A stretch of DNA of 38,189 bases from an uncultured Eubacteriales bacterium (GTDB taxonomy: Bacteria; Bacillota; Clostridia; Oscillospirales; Acutalibacteraceae). The position numbers and the translations under genes were made by a program. The notes below the pieces were generated by a model that ran no database searches, had not been told where the DNA came from, and worked only from the letters and a program-made list of their open reading frames with translations. Location of the stretch: positions 1-38,189 of the forward strand of contig CAKTTT010000001.1 in the NCBI GenBank assembly GCA_934615635.1, written 5' to 3'. Below are positions 6,819 through 16,561 of this stretch, one piece after another; the first letter of the stretch is position 1; each line of letters begins with the position of its first letter.

Positions 6819-8945
6819 TCAATCCTCTATCAGATAAAGCTCGGTCAGCCCCTCTTCATCGGGAATGGGACATTTCCCACCATCGTCCACCGTCAGCGTC
6901 CTGCCGGTGAAGGGATTGCGCAAGGTGCGTCCCCTCATGGCCGGATCGGCAAAAACGACCCGGCGGACCCTTTCCCTGTTTAGCTGCAGCACCACCGCCG
7001 CCGGCCGTCCCTCCCGGTACAGCACATCCGTTCGGCGGCCGCCCCATATCTCTGCCTCCGGCGTCAATCCCGCAACCTCCTTCACCAGGGAAACCATATA
7101 GCGGCTGCTGTCCTCGCAGCCGTATTTCCCCGCCATGAAGCCGGGCAGGGTACCGGTGATCACCGCCTTCCCTCTGCCGTACCGGTGCATAACCGCCGCT
7201 GCCTCTCCGTTATCGTAAACAGCCAGAACCTCCCCGCCATCCAGCCGGAAGCTCTCCCGGAAATAATAGCCCCGGGCCGTCCGGCCCTTCTTATCTGTAA
7301 AGGTCACGCTGGAACGGTTCTCCTCCCGTCTGGCCCCTTCCTCCTCGTAAGCGTTGAGGAAGGCAGAGGCGGTGAGGGTTTGCTCCTCCTGGCAGCCGAA
7401 CACCTGCTCGAACCCATAACCCGGCAGCTTTTCGGCGTGAAGGTTGGTCTCGGCGCAAATCCCTCCCAGCAGGGCCTCTGAGAGCAGCGTTCCGCCCTCG
7501 TGAACAAAATCCTTCAGCACGGCCGCCGTCTCTTCGTCCAGATAATAGGGCAGAGGGAGATATACCGCCTCGTACCGGGCCAGCCCCTCCGCCTTAAGCT
7601 GATGCTCGGACAGCACATCCACCGGATACTGGGCCTCGTACAGCGCGGTGAAGGCCCCCCACACCGATTGATAATACAGCTCCGTTCCCCCGCTGATTCC
7701 CCATAGAAAGGTCTGATTGGCGCTGCTGTTCAGCACCGCAATCCGTCCCGGCCTGGGGAAGGCGGGAAGGAGCCGCGCCGTGTGGGCCTGCAGCACCCGG
7801 TTGATCTCCACGGCATAGCCCAGCCAGGGGGTGTCCCCGCCGTCCGGTCGGACCAGTCCCCAGGCCGGGGCCTCATGCCCCAAACTTTCCGGCTTGTACT
7901 GCCAGAACAGAAAGCCCTTGACTCCCCGGCTGAACGGGACCAGGATATGGCTTTTGAAATCCTCAAGGGAAGGGATCGCCGGCCGGGCCATGGTGTTGCC
8001 CCCCACGGCGTGAATCTCCGCGTTGAGCACCCATTTGTTCCTGGCGGCGGTGGTGGCGGTCACCGCCGGGAAGGGCATACTTCCCACGCTGTTGCCGAAC
8101 CAATCCATCTCCCGGGCCAGCAGATATTCCTCGCTGCCGGTGTTCATAAAGTTGAAATAAGGCATGGGGACGGTGTGAACCATGACGCTGTGTTCTCCAT
8201 CGTGGAGACGCACCGCCTTGGCCCGCATATGTAGTTCCTCCGCCAGGGTTTCCCCGAAGAACTCCCGCCAATCCACCATATCGTTGAAGGTGGCGGCGCA
8301 GCGGGGCGGTTCGATTTCCTCCCACGCCTGGTAATTCCTGCCCCAGCGGCGGTTGAGGACCTCCAGGCTGCCGTACCTCCGTCTCAGCCACAGAATAAAC
8401 CGCTCCACCGAATGCGCGCAGTAGCAGACCATGTTTTCCTGGCTGGCTTCCCGCCATATGCCGCAGGTCAGCTCCGGCTCGTTCCAAAGATCCCAGCAAA
8501 GGAGGGCGGGATGGCCGGCGTACCGTTTGGCCGCCTCCTCGATGAACCGCCGGCGTATCTCCGCCCCCTCCCGATGATGGTAGCAAGGGCCGGGCGCACC
8601 GCCGATCTGCCGATAGGCGGTGGTCTGGGGATACAGCCTGCGGCCGTCGGCGGCGACCATCAGCGAATCCGGATAATCCCGATAAAACCAGGCGGGGGCC
8701 ACATCGCAGATGATGTTCAAAATCACCCGGAGCCCCAGCCCGCCGCACAGCTCCATCAGCCGATCGATATCCGAAAAGTCGTATGTATCCCGTTTGGGCA
8801 TATTCCATCGCCATTGTACCCAAAGCTTCACCGTGTTGAAGCCCTTTGAACGCAAGGCTGTCAAATCCCGCTCCCAGTTCTCCGGTCCCGGAGTGGGCGC
8901 CCGGTAATACTGCGCGCCAAAGGGGATATAGGTCAGCTCTTTCAT
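6819..8945 (-). CDS. Glycoside hydrolase family 42-like beta-galactosidase
   Basis: 708-aa ORF. The N-terminal TIM-barrel pattern is FGAQYYRAPTP..NWERDL..GFNTVKL ... CWDLWNEPEL (acid/base Glu in NEP). Length and architecture fit GH42 enzymes. No signal peptide. Confidence 0.75.
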   Translation of the reverse strand: MKELTYIPFGAQYYRAPTPGPENWERDLTALRSKGFNTVKLWVQWRWNMPKRDTYDFSDIDRLMELCGGLGLRVILNIICDVAPAWFYRDYPDSLMVAADGRRLYPQTTAYRQIGGAPGPCYHHREGAEIRRRFIEEAAKRYAGHPALLCWDLWNEPELTCGIWREASQENMVCYCAHSVERFILWLRRRYGSLEVLNRRWGRNYQAWEEIEPPRCAATFNDMVDWREFFGETLAEELHMRAKAVRLHDGEHSVMVHTVPMPYFNFMNTGSEEYLLAREMDWFGNSVGSMPFPAVTATTAARNKWVLNAEIHAVGGNTMARPAIPSLEDFKSHILVPFSRGVKGFLFWQYKPESLGHEAPAWGLVRPDGGDTPWLGYAVEINRVLQAHTARLLPAFPRPGRIAVLNSSANQTFLWGISGGTELYYQSVWGAFTALYEAQYPVDVLSEHQLKAEGLARYEAVYLPLPYYLDEETAAVLKDFVHEGGTLLSEALLGGICAETNLHAEKLPGYGFEQVFGCQEEQTLTASAFLNAYEEEGARREENRSSVTFTDKKGRTARGYYFRESFRLDGGEVLAVYDNGEAAAVMHRYGRGKAVITGTLPGFMAGKYGCEDSSRYMVSLVKEVAGLTPEAEIWGGRRTDVLYREGRPAAVVLQLNRERVRRVVFADPAMRGRTLRNPFTGRTLTVDDGGKCPIPDEEGLTELYLIED

Positions 8946-9218
8946 GTTGCTTCCTCCGCCTTTTTCCGATTTGTGGATGGATTTCTCTCGGCCCTCTCCG
9001 CATCCCGGCGGGACCGTCGCCGGCGCTTTTATTATAAAGGCCTTTTACCATTTGCGCAAGTCGTTTCGCCACGCCGAAAGCGGCCTCTATCGTTTCCGCT
9101 CTTGTCATTTCGCCGGCGCCATGATATCGTTATGGGGAAAGCGCCTTTTCCCGCTTGCAGAATCGCCCATGCATTTTCCGGCGTTCTTTATACACAATAA
9201 GGATAAAGGAGGCGGCTT

Positions 9219-10112
9219 ATGAAAATTTTGAATTTCGGCTCTCTCAACAGGGATCTGGTTTATACGGTGGACCATGCCGTCCGTCCCGGAGAAACCATCT
9301 CCTCCGGCAGTATGGAGCCCTTCTGCGGCGGCAAGGGGCTGAATCAATCCCTGGCTCTGGCCCGGGCGGGCGCGGAGGTGTACCATGCCGGCTGCATAGG
9401 CTCCGACGGCAGCGACCTGCTCCGGCTGCTCCAGGACAGCGGGGTGGATACCCGCTACATCCGACGGGTGGACGGCCCCAGCGGCCACGCCATCATCCAG
9501 GTGGACGGCCGGGGGCAGAATAGTATTCTGCTGTTCGGCGGCGCCAACCGGCGCATCCCTCCGGAAGCCGTGGAGGATGCCCTGCGGGATTTCGGCGAGG
9601 GCGATTGGCTGGTGCTGCAAAATGAAATCAACGGCATCCCCCGGATTATGGAGCGCGCCCATGACCGCGGTATGCGGATCATCCTCAATCCCAGCCCCTT
9701 TGACGGCGATATCGCCGCCTATCCGCTGGAAAAGGTGTCCTGGTTCGTCCTCAACGAGATCGAAGGAGAGGCGTTGACCGGGGAAGGCGAGCCGACGGCG
9801 ATTCTCCGCGCGGCGGCCAAGCGGTTCCCCGGCGCCAAAATACTGTTGACGCTGGGAAAGCGCGGCGCCATGGCCGCGGAAGGCGCCGCCGTGTATACCC
9901 ACCCCATCTTCCCAACACCGGTGAGGGACACCACCGCCGCCGGGGATACCTTTTTGGGCTACTTCTTTGCGCTGCTGGAGGAGCTGGGGCCTCAGGAGGC
10001 CCTGCGCTGGGCCTCCGCCGCCTCCGCTCTGGCCGTTTCGGTTAAGGGCGCGGCCAATTCCATTCCCCGCCGCCGGGAGGTGGCGGATTTTCTGGCACAG
10101 CCGCTCTGCTGA
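9219..10112 (+). CDS. rbsK: Ribokinase (PfkB family carbohydrate kinase)
   Basis: 297-aa ORF with GGKGLNQSLA (PfkB signature 1 region) and DTTAAGDTF (signature 2). SD AAGGAGG upstream. Confidence 0.8.
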   Translation: MKILNFGSLNRDLVYTVDHAVRPGETISSGSMEPFCGGKGLNQSLALARAGAEVYHAGCIGSDGSDLLRLLQDSGVDTRYIRRVDGPSGHAIIQVDGRGQNSILLFGGANRRIPPEAVEDALRDFGEGDWLVLQNEINGIPRIMERAHDRGMRIILNPSPFDGDIAAYPLEKVSWFVLNEIEGEALTGEGEPTAILRAAAKRFPGAKILLTLGKRGAMAAEGAAVYTHPIFPTPVRDTTAAGDTFLGYFFALLEELGPQEALRWASAASALAVSVKGAANSIPRRREVADFLAQPLC

Positions 10113-10304
10113 CTTGTCATTCCGCCGTTTTTGCTCTCTTCTCCGCCGGCCAGACTCGGAAAGGCCGTCCCGGGCGTGCCCTTCCAGCGCACCGGCGGTA
10201 ATCCCTTCCAATAGGAAAGCCCATAGAGCGGCCGCCCGGGCCGCCGGTCAGTTGGGGGGACCTTGCACCGGGAAATCCGCTGACAGCCCTTTCGTCCTCG
10301 CACA

Positions 10305-10340
10305 CAAAGCCCCCCGGAGCCATGGCTCCGGGGGGCTTTG
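10305..10340. terminator. Strong palindromic hairpin between convergent genes (probable terminator)
   Basis: 17-bp arms CAAAGCCCCCCGGAGCC (10305-10321) / GGCTCCGGGGGGCTTTG (10324-10340). Only a modest T-rich tail follows (TCTAATTGTTT). Confidence 0.5.
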
Positions 10341-10675
10341 TCTAATTGTTTGGGGAGGGAAGCCATCCCGCTTTTCAAAACGCGGCTCTCAGCCTTCCTC
10401 ACGGATACGGATGAAACCGACGCGGCGACAGGCGAATGGGGTTCCCGCCGCCTCCACCTCCCCACTCTTGACAGGAATCCGCATATCTGCACGGAAATAT
10501 CGCTGATATCCTTTTCTGAATCCGGAGTAGACCCCAGGTTGTGCCGGGAAGGGGCAAAAGGCTGACGCCGGAAAACGCAGCCCGGCGGATTATCGTTGAT
10601 GATCGCTGTGCGTATAGGAAACGGCGGGATGCGGCTCTTCTGGAGGCCGCTCCGGCGGTTGGCCTTCCGCCGGCT

Positions 10676-11338
10676 TTACCGAAACAAAAACACGCTGGCG
10701 GCCAGGAGAAATTGTCCGCTGTAATAAGCGGTGAGGCTGACCGCATCCGCGGCCTTGGAGGATGTGTGGAACAGATTCCATGCCAGCAGCGTATCCGAAA
10801 AAACGAACAGCGCCGCCCCCGCGGCCGATAGGAGTCCGCGGCCCCACGCCCCATCCGGCAGCCCGGCCCACAGCGGAACCGCCAGGGAAAGCATAACCGC
10901 GATCACCCCGCCATACACACAGTAGGCGGGAAGATCCCTGCCCATTTGGGATACGCTGGGCAGAAACAGGCATACCAGACCGCCCGCCAGCAGCAGGAAC
11001 GCCGGTATACTCCACGGATTAAGAGGCGGCGCCAGCCGCAGGAAAGCGGCGATATAGGCCAGGTGCCCCATCAGGAAGGCGGCCATCCCGCCCACAAAAT
11101 GCAGGCACAGCACCACATCCCCCAGGGTGCAGAACAGCAGCCCCGCCAGCAGCCACCAATCCGCCGCCTCTCCGCCCCGCAGACAGCCGACCAGGCAGAG
11201 CCCGGCCGCCGACAGGGTGCACGCCGCCTTTACCGCGATGGCCGCCGCCCGGTGGGGGCCGCGCTTCATGCGAAGATACAACGGGTTGAGGACAGCCAGC
11301 ATCCAGACGGCCACAGCGACCGAAATACCGATCCGCAT
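10676..11338 (-). CDS. YhhN-family (lysoplasmalogenase-like) membrane protein
   Basis: Polytopic hydrophobic ORF with motifs FCTLGDVVL and LFVFSDTLLAWNLF. I place the start at ATG 11338 (MRIGISV...) because SD GAGGGAGGG lies just upstream. The track ORF extends to 11419. Confidence 0.7.
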   Translation of the reverse strand: MRIGISVAVAVWMLAVLNPLYLRMKRGPHRAAAIAVKAACTLSAAGLCLVGCLRGGEAADWWLLAGLLFCTLGDVVLCLHFVGGMAAFLMGHLAYIAAFLRLAPPLNPWSIPAFLLLAGGLVCLFLPSVSQMGRDLPAYCVYGGVIAVMLSLAVPLWAGLPDGAWGRGLLSAAGAALFVFSDTLLAWNLFHTSSKAADAVSLTAYYSGQFLLAASVFLFR

Positions 11339-11455
11339 ATTCCCTCCCTCTTCTCCGCATTCGCGCGGGGCGCGTCCCGTGGGGATATCCCTGTTATCCG
11401 CCCAACGTGAATGATACATTTTGTTTATTATTTAATGATCTATACGTATCGTATT

Positions 11456-14400
11456 CTATTCGCCCGCTTTCATGGATTCCACCATGTCGATCTTTTTCAG
11501 CTTCCGGATCATCACCAGGTTGACCAGAAGCGAGAAGAAAAGGGTCAGCGCCGCCGCCAGCACATAACTGAGCCAGCCGATGGAGCGGCCGAACATCACC
11601 ATATCCACCTCCGCCGTCTTCACCACGAAAGCGTGGAGGAAGATGCCGGCCACCAGTCCCACGGCGGTGCCGATTAGGGACAGGATCGCTGTTTCGCGGT
11701 AGATATAGGCGGAGACCTCCCGGTCGTAGAAGCCCAGCACCTTGATAGTGGCCAGCTCCTTGGTCCGCTCGGTGATGTTGATGTTGGTGAGGTTATACAG
11801 CACCACAAAGGCCAGCAGCCCCGCGCAGACGACGAGCACCATCACGATGTAATCGATGCTCTTGATGGTGTCGGAAAAGCTCTTGCTGATATCGGTGGAG
11901 AACTGCGCCGCACTGACATAGCTGGATTTCAGCAGATCCCCCGCCACGGCGGCCCGGTTTTCCGCAGAATCATCCGGCACCTTGGCAATCAGCATGGCGT
12001 AGTCCGGCTGTGCGCCGAAAACCTCCTGATAAAGGGAGGGAGACATGTACACATAACCGCTGACATAGTTCTCCACGATCCCCGTCACCTTCACCGAGGC
12101 GCGCGCGCCGTCTGCATTCTCCACCTCCACGGTGTCGCCCGCTTGCACCTTCAGGGTTTCGGCCAGCTTTTCGGTCAGCACCGCTCCATCCTGAGACAGC
12201 TCCACCTCTTTGCCAGATCGGCGCTCCCGGAGGTTGATGAAGTCCTTCAGCCGTCCCCGCTGCTCAGGGACAAGCAGATAGGCCTCCTGGCTCTTTCCAC
12301 CGCTGATGACACTGCCGGATTGCTGCTGAACCGGCAGATAATCGGCGATCCGCTCCTTGTCCTCCAGCACCGCCTTGACATCTTCGTCGGTTTCCGGTAC
12401 CTGGCCGTTTTTCATCGCCACCGTCAAATTGTAAGTGAAAATCTCACCGAACTGCTTATCCACAATGGCGGAGATGGAATCCCGCAGGCCCAATCCGGTC
12501 ACCAGCAGCGCGGTGCAGCCCGCGATACCCACCACCGTCATCAGGAACCGCTTCTTATACCGGAACAGGTTCCGGGCCGTCACTTTATGGGTGAACTTCA
12601 GCCTAGACCAAATAAAGGGAATCCGTTCCAGGAAGACCCGTTTGCCCGCCTTGGGCGCCTTGGGCAGCATCAGCCGGGCCGGCACCTCCATCAGGCTGCC
12701 GTAGCAGGCGGAGACGGTGGCGAGCATGGTGCACAGCAGCACCGACAGAGAGGAAAGCAACGCATAGGGCAGATTAAACTGCGTCACCAGCTTGGGCAGC
12801 GTATACATAATGCCGTAGCCGCCCCAAATCACCGTGGGCAGAAGCCGGAAGCCCACCAGCAGGCCGAAAATACTGCCTGTAATGGTGGCGGAGCCCGCGT
12901 AAACCACATATTTGAACATAATGGCGCCCTTGCTGTAGCCCAGCGCCTTGAGGGTGCCGATCTGCGTGCGCTCCTCCTCGATCATCCGCGTCATGGTGGT
13001 AAGGGCCACCAGCGCGGCCACCAGGAAGAAGAACACCGGGAAGATCCGGGCGATGGCCTCCACCTTGTTGGCGTTGCCGTCGAAGCTGGCGTAGCTGACG
13101 TTGCTGTCCCGGTCCAGCACATACCATTGGGGAGCGGCCATATCCTCCAGTTGGCTCTCCGCATCCCGGATCTGCCGCCGGGCGTCGGCCAGCTCCTCCT
13201 CCGCCTCCTGTTTTCCGGATTCGTATGCCGCCTCGCCCTCGGTCAGCTTCGTCCTGGCGTCCGCCAGTTCCGCCTCCCCGGTTTCCAGATCCTTTTTCGC
13301 CTGCTCCAGCTTGGCCTCGTTGTCCTCGATCTCCCGTCGGGCGTCATCTAGCTGGAGCTTGCTTTCATCCAGGGTGGCCTTGGCCTCGTCCAGCCGGCGC
13401 TGCGCTTCCTCGAACTGGGCCTCCGCCTCCAAGCGGCCTTCCTCCAGTTGTTTTTCCCCCTCGGCCAGCTTTTTTTCGTTTTCCTCCACCTGCTGCAGGC
13501 CGTCGTTGTATTCCTGGAGACCGGCGTTGTATTGCTCTTCTATGGGCTGCAGCTCCGCCAGCGCCTTATCCGCCTGCTCCTGGGTGATGAGCCCGCTGTC
13601 AAGGCTTTGCTGAATCGCGCTTTTAGCGGCATCCAGCATGGTCTTGTAGCTGTCCAACTGGGCTTTCGCGCTGTCCAGTTGTTCCTTGGCGGACGCAAGC
13701 TCCTGCTTGCCCGTATATATCTGCCATTGGCTTTCCTGCATCTGGAAGCGATAATCGTTCTTCTTGTCGGAAAGCTGCTGCACCCCGTCCCGCCAAGCCT
13801 CCCGGCCGGCGTTGTAGTCCGCCAGGCCCTGCTCATAGGCCTTGCGGCCCTCCTCCAAACCCCGCTCTCCATCGATGATCTGCTGGCGGCCCTCCTCCAG
13901 CTCTCTTTCCCCGTCGGCGATCTGCCGCCGGGCGTCCTCCAGCTCGGCGGCCGCCTCCTGAAGCCGGCGGTCGCTTTCCGCCTTGCCCTCTTCATACTGC
14001 TTCCTGGCGTCGTCCAGCTTTTCGTTGGCCTCGGCCATCACCTTGTCGTACCGCACCATCACCTGGGTTTCCCCCAAGGTCTCCAGCGCGTCCGCCACCG
14101 GTTGGACGGTATTCTTATAGGCCTCGGTGAAGGTCTGCTTTTCCTTGGCCTCCTTCACCGTCACAAAAGCGTCGGTATATACCTCCAGGCAGAAACTGTC
14201 CTCCACGGTATAAGCGATCAAATCGACCTGGCCGTCCCCGATATTGCTGGTTTCCCGCTCGATGGACATGTAATAGGCGCTTGTGACCACGCCCACCACC
14301 GTAAAGGAATCCACGGCCAGGGTGCCGCTGAGGTCCGCGTTGTCGGGGGAAAGACGGACGGTATCCCCGACGGAAACGGGATTGCCGCCCATGACGGCTT

Positions 14401-14830
14401 CCTTCACCACGCATTCCCCCGCCTTTTCCGGCAGGCGGCCCTCTATCAGCTCCACCCGATTCAGATAGGCCTCCTCCTCCCCGCCGAAGGGGAGGCTGTG
14501 GATACGGGTCAGCAGGGTGCTGTCCCCCTCCGAAACCAGCAGCGCATCCGCCGAATAGGCGGGCATGACGTCCGCGACTCCCGCCGTGTTCCGGATGACG
14601 GCGATGTCCTCCTCGGCCAGACCCACGGTGGAAAGCACCCGGATATCCATCAGGTTGGTTTCATCGTAGTACCGGTCGGCGGATATCCGCATATCCGGGG
14701 TGGTGGCCAGAAGTCCCGCAAGGAACCCGACACCCAGCGCGGAAATGGCGAAAATCGCCAGAAACCGGCTGATGCTCTGCCGGATCTCCCGAAAAACTAC
14801 CTTTGTGTAGGATTTCTTCACAGCTACCAC
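11456..14830 (-). CDS. ABC transporter permease, MacB/FtsX-type with two FtsX domains and a long coiled-coil insert
   Basis: 1124-aa ORF. Layout: N-terminal TM segment, extracytoplasmic domain, heptad-rich stretch of about 300 aa rich in E/K/Q/A/L (about aa 255-565), FtsX-type TM bundle, second extracytoplasmic domain, second FtsX bundle. Overlaps the ATPase gene by 7 nt. Confidence 0.85.
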   Translation of the reverse strand: MVAVKKSYTKVVFREIRQSISRFLAIFAISALGVGFLAGLLATTPDMRISADRYYDETNLMDIRVLSTVGLAEEDIAVIRNTAGVADVMPAYSADALLVSEGDSTLLTRIHSLPFGGEEEAYLNRVELIEGRLPEKAGECVVKEAVMGGNPVSVGDTVRLSPDNADLSGTLAVDSFTVVGVVTSAYYMSIERETSNIGDGQVDLIAYTVEDSFCLEVYTDAFVTVKEAKEKQTFTEAYKNTVQPVADALETLGETQVMVRYDKVMAEANEKLDDARKQYEEGKAESDRRLQEAAAELEDARRQIADGERELEEGRQQIIDGERGLEEGRKAYEQGLADYNAGREAWRDGVQQLSDKKNDYRFQMQESQWQIYTGKQELASAKEQLDSAKAQLDSYKTMLDAAKSAIQQSLDSGLITQEQADKALAELQPIEEQYNAGLQEYNDGLQQVEENEKKLAEGEKQLEEGRLEAEAQFEEAQRRLDEAKATLDESKLQLDDARREIEDNEAKLEQAKKDLETGEAELADARTKLTEGEAAYESGKQEAEEELADARRQIRDAESQLEDMAAPQWYVLDRDSNVSYASFDGNANKVEAIARIFPVFFFLVAALVALTTMTRMIEEERTQIGTLKALGYSKGAIMFKYVVYAGSATITGSIFGLLVGFRLLPTVIWGGYGIMYTLPKLVTQFNLPYALLSSLSVLLCTMLATVSACYGSLMEVPARLMLPKAPKAGKRVFLERIPFIWSRLKFTHKVTARNLFRYKKRFLMTVVGIAGCTALLVTGLGLRDSISAIVDKQFGEIFTYNLTVAMKNGQVPETDEDVKAVLEDKERIADYLPVQQQSGSVISGGKSQEAYLLVPEQRGRLKDFINLRERRSGKEVELSQDGAVLTEKLAETLKVQAGDTVEVENADGARASVKVTGIVENYVSGYVYMSPSLYQEVFGAQPDYAMLIAKVPDDSAENRAAVAGDLLKSSYVSAAQFSTDISKSFSDTIKSIDYIVMVLVVCAGLLAFVVLYNLTNINITERTKELATIKVLGFYDREVSAYIYRETAILSLIGTAVGLVAGIFLHAFVVKTAEVDMVMFGRSIGWLSYVLAAALTLFFSLLVNLVMIRKLKKIDMVESMKAGE

Positions 14831-15525
14831 TCAATCCTTTCCACCGGAGTGGGATCGGTATTCAGCTCGGAGGAAACCACCGTTCCGCTCTTGATATGGA
14901 TAACCCGGTCGGCCATAGCGGTCAGCGCCTGGTTATGGGTAATCACGATCACCGTGCGGCCGGTATTCCGGCAGGTATCCTGCAGCAGCTTCAGCACCGC
15001 CTTGCCGGTGTTGTAGTCCAGCGCGCCGGTGGGCTCGTCGCACAGCAAAATTTTCGGATTTTTGGCCAACGCCCGGGCGATGGACACCCGCTGCTGCTCG
15101 CCGCCGGAAAGCTGGGCGGGAAAATTCTGCATCCGTTCTCCCAGCCCCACCTGCTCCAGGGTGCGGCGGGCGTCCAGGGGCTCGCGGCAGATCTCCGCGG
15201 CCAGCTCCACGTTTTCCAGCGCCGTCAGATTTTGCACCAGATTGTAAAACTGGAAGACGAACCCCACGTCATACCGCCGATACTGGGTCAGTTGCTTCTG
15301 ATTATAACGGCTGATCTCATTGCCGTCCAACCAGATGGAGCCCTCGTCGCAGGTATCCATGCCGCCCAGCATATTCAGCACCGTGGTCTTGCCCGCGCCG
15401 CTGGGCCCGACGATCACGGCGAATTCTCCCTTTTCAATTTCAAAGCTCACCTGATTGGCGGCGGCGATTTTGTGCTCGCCCATCTGGTAAAATTTGGAGA
15501 CGTTTTCAAAGGTGACAAAGCTCAT
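14824..15525 (-). CDS. ABC transporter ATP-binding protein (MacB/LolD-like)
   Basis: 233-aa ORF with Walker [10 protein letters not shown], signature LSGGEQQR, Walker [13 protein letters not shown] and H-loop ITHN. Confidence 0.9.
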   Translation of the reverse strand: MSFVTFENVSKFYQMGEHKIAAANQVSFEIEKGEFAVIVGPSGAGKTTVLNMLGGMDTCDEGSIWLDGNEISRYNQKQLTQYRRYDVGFVFQFYNLVQNLTALENVELAAEICREPLDARRTLEQVGLGERMQNFPAQLSGGEQQRVSIARALAKNPKILLCDEPTGALDYNTGKAVLKLLQDTCRNTGRTVIVITHNQALTAMADRVIHIKSGTVVSSELNTDPTPVERIEW

Positions 15526-15529
15526 GGAA

Positions 15530-15585
15530 TCACACCTTCACTCATAATGATTTCATTGTACCGCGCGTCGGCCCGGAAGGTGTGA
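15530..15585 (-). promoter_or_regulatory. 10-bp perfect inverted repeat bracketing the leader/RBS of the ABC exporter operon
   Basis: TCACACCTTC (15530-15539) / GAAGGTGTGA (15576-15585), 36-nt spacer. On the coding (minus) strand the proximal arm GAAGGTGTGA contains the SD, 4 nt before ATG 15525. A TACAAT -10-like hexamer lies inside the spacer (15560-15555). Confidence 0.45.
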
Positions 15586-15805
15586 ATACAAAGAAAATTT
15601 TTATCGCTCTGCGCCAATCCTTTATCTCCTGGCTAACCCTCACCATTCCTCCTTCTCTCTCCTTCTCTTTTCCCGCGCCGGTTCAGCGAGGGGAGGCTTT
15701 GACGCACGGCCCGGGCCGCCCCTGTTCCGGTTTCCCCAGAAAAAAGGCCCCGCCGGGAAGCAGCTCCGTTTTACCTCGTGAAGAGATATACCGATTTTGG
15801 CTCTT

Positions 15806-16276
15806 TTAAACGGCCAAGTTGATAACCGTCAGCCCCTTCTTTTGGGCGTATTCCACCGTATACGCGGTACCTCCGGAGCGCTCGGCCAAATAACAAATAC
15901 AATAGCGGCTGTCATCCACCAGGCGACGATTGCGTTTATGCATACAGCCGCTAACGTACTCATCCGACGTATACACATACCGGTCGCAAGCTTTTTGGAT
16001 GATTTCATAGATGGCCTTATCCGCTTGGCTCCAACCACGGGTTTGGGTTTTACAGGGGAGAACAAGGATAAGCTTGATTAACGGATAGTCTTTTTTCAGC
16101 TCCAGCACGGCACGGGCCGCCATGGTATCAAAGCCTAAGGCCCCGCCGGCCTCGAAATAGACAACGCCTCGATGAATCAGGGCTGTTATCTCCGCCTTCA
16201 GCCGTTGGGCAATCCTCTCGTATTGTTCGGGTGGTATTTTTCTGTGTCCCGTAAAGCAGCAGGTTTGTTTTTTCAT
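15806..16276 (-). CDS. SLOG-fold protein, DUF1273/YpsA-like
   Basis: Start MKKQTCCFTGHRK with SD AGGAGG upstream (the track ORF extends to 16339). The CCFTGHR N-terminal motif and about 156-aa length fit DUF1273. Lower G+C than the flanks. Confidence 0.7.
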   Translation of the reverse strand: MKKQTCCFTGHRKIPPEQYERIAQRLKAEITALIHRGVVYFEAGGALGFDTMAARAVLELKKDYPLIKLILVLPCKTQTRGWSQADKAIYEIIQKACDRYVYTSDEYVSGCMHKRNRRLVDDSRYCICYLAERSGGTAYTVEYAQKKGLTVINLAV

Positions 16277-16360
16277 AGCAGCGCCTCCTTGTAATCTAAA
16301 ATGTATTCGAAATTTAACTCTATTTTTAGAATACAACAAAGCCTATACTGATGGCAAGAG

Positions 16361-16561
16361 GTGAAGGAGACGATGGCGGATTTTGTTCCCAAGCAATACA
16401 AAAAAGAGCCGATTACCGTGCGGATAGATTTTGAAAAGCTGGAAAAGATGGATAAAATGGCCGCGAGATACAATATAAGCAGAAGCGAGTTTATCAATCA
16501 GTGTATCGACTACGCCCTTGACCATCTGCCCGACTTAAAAAAACAAGCTGACGAAGGATAA
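16361..16561 (+). CDS. Ribbon-helix-helix (CopG/Arc/MetJ-like) protein
   Basis: About 62-66 aa. The beta-strand then helix-helix pattern EPITVRIDFEKLEKMDKMAARYNISRSEFINQCIDYAL is typical of RHH. The start is ambiguous: GTG 16361 or ATG 16373. Confidence 0.6.
   Translation: MKETMADFVPKQYKKEPITVRIDFEKLEKMDKMAARYNISRSEFINQCIDYALDHLPDLKKQADEG

Noticed and set aside
7963-10211. Minus-strand ORFs of 381 aa (7963-9108) and 368 aa (9105-10211)
   Set aside because: The first is out of frame within the GH42-like gene and runs into the intergenic region. The second is antisense to the ribokinase gene. Both are Arg/Gly/Pro-rich with no motifs.
13100-14100. Possible DNA tandem repeat or CRISPR-like periodicity in the coiled-coil-coding part of the permease gene
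   Set aside because: The similarity is at the level of amino-acid heptads and codon bias (GAG/GCC/CTC-rich). There are no exact nucleotide repeat units with unique spacers. No CRISPR array was seen anywhere in the window.
12143-15585. Long plus-strand ORFs (402, 522, 260 aa and several shorter ones) antisense to the ABC permease and ATPase genes
   Set aside because: These are typical shadow ORFs of GC-rich coding DNA. Their composition is low-complexity and rich in Gly/Arg/Leu/Gln/His. They have no SD or promoter and overlap genes with clear family motifs on the opposite strand.
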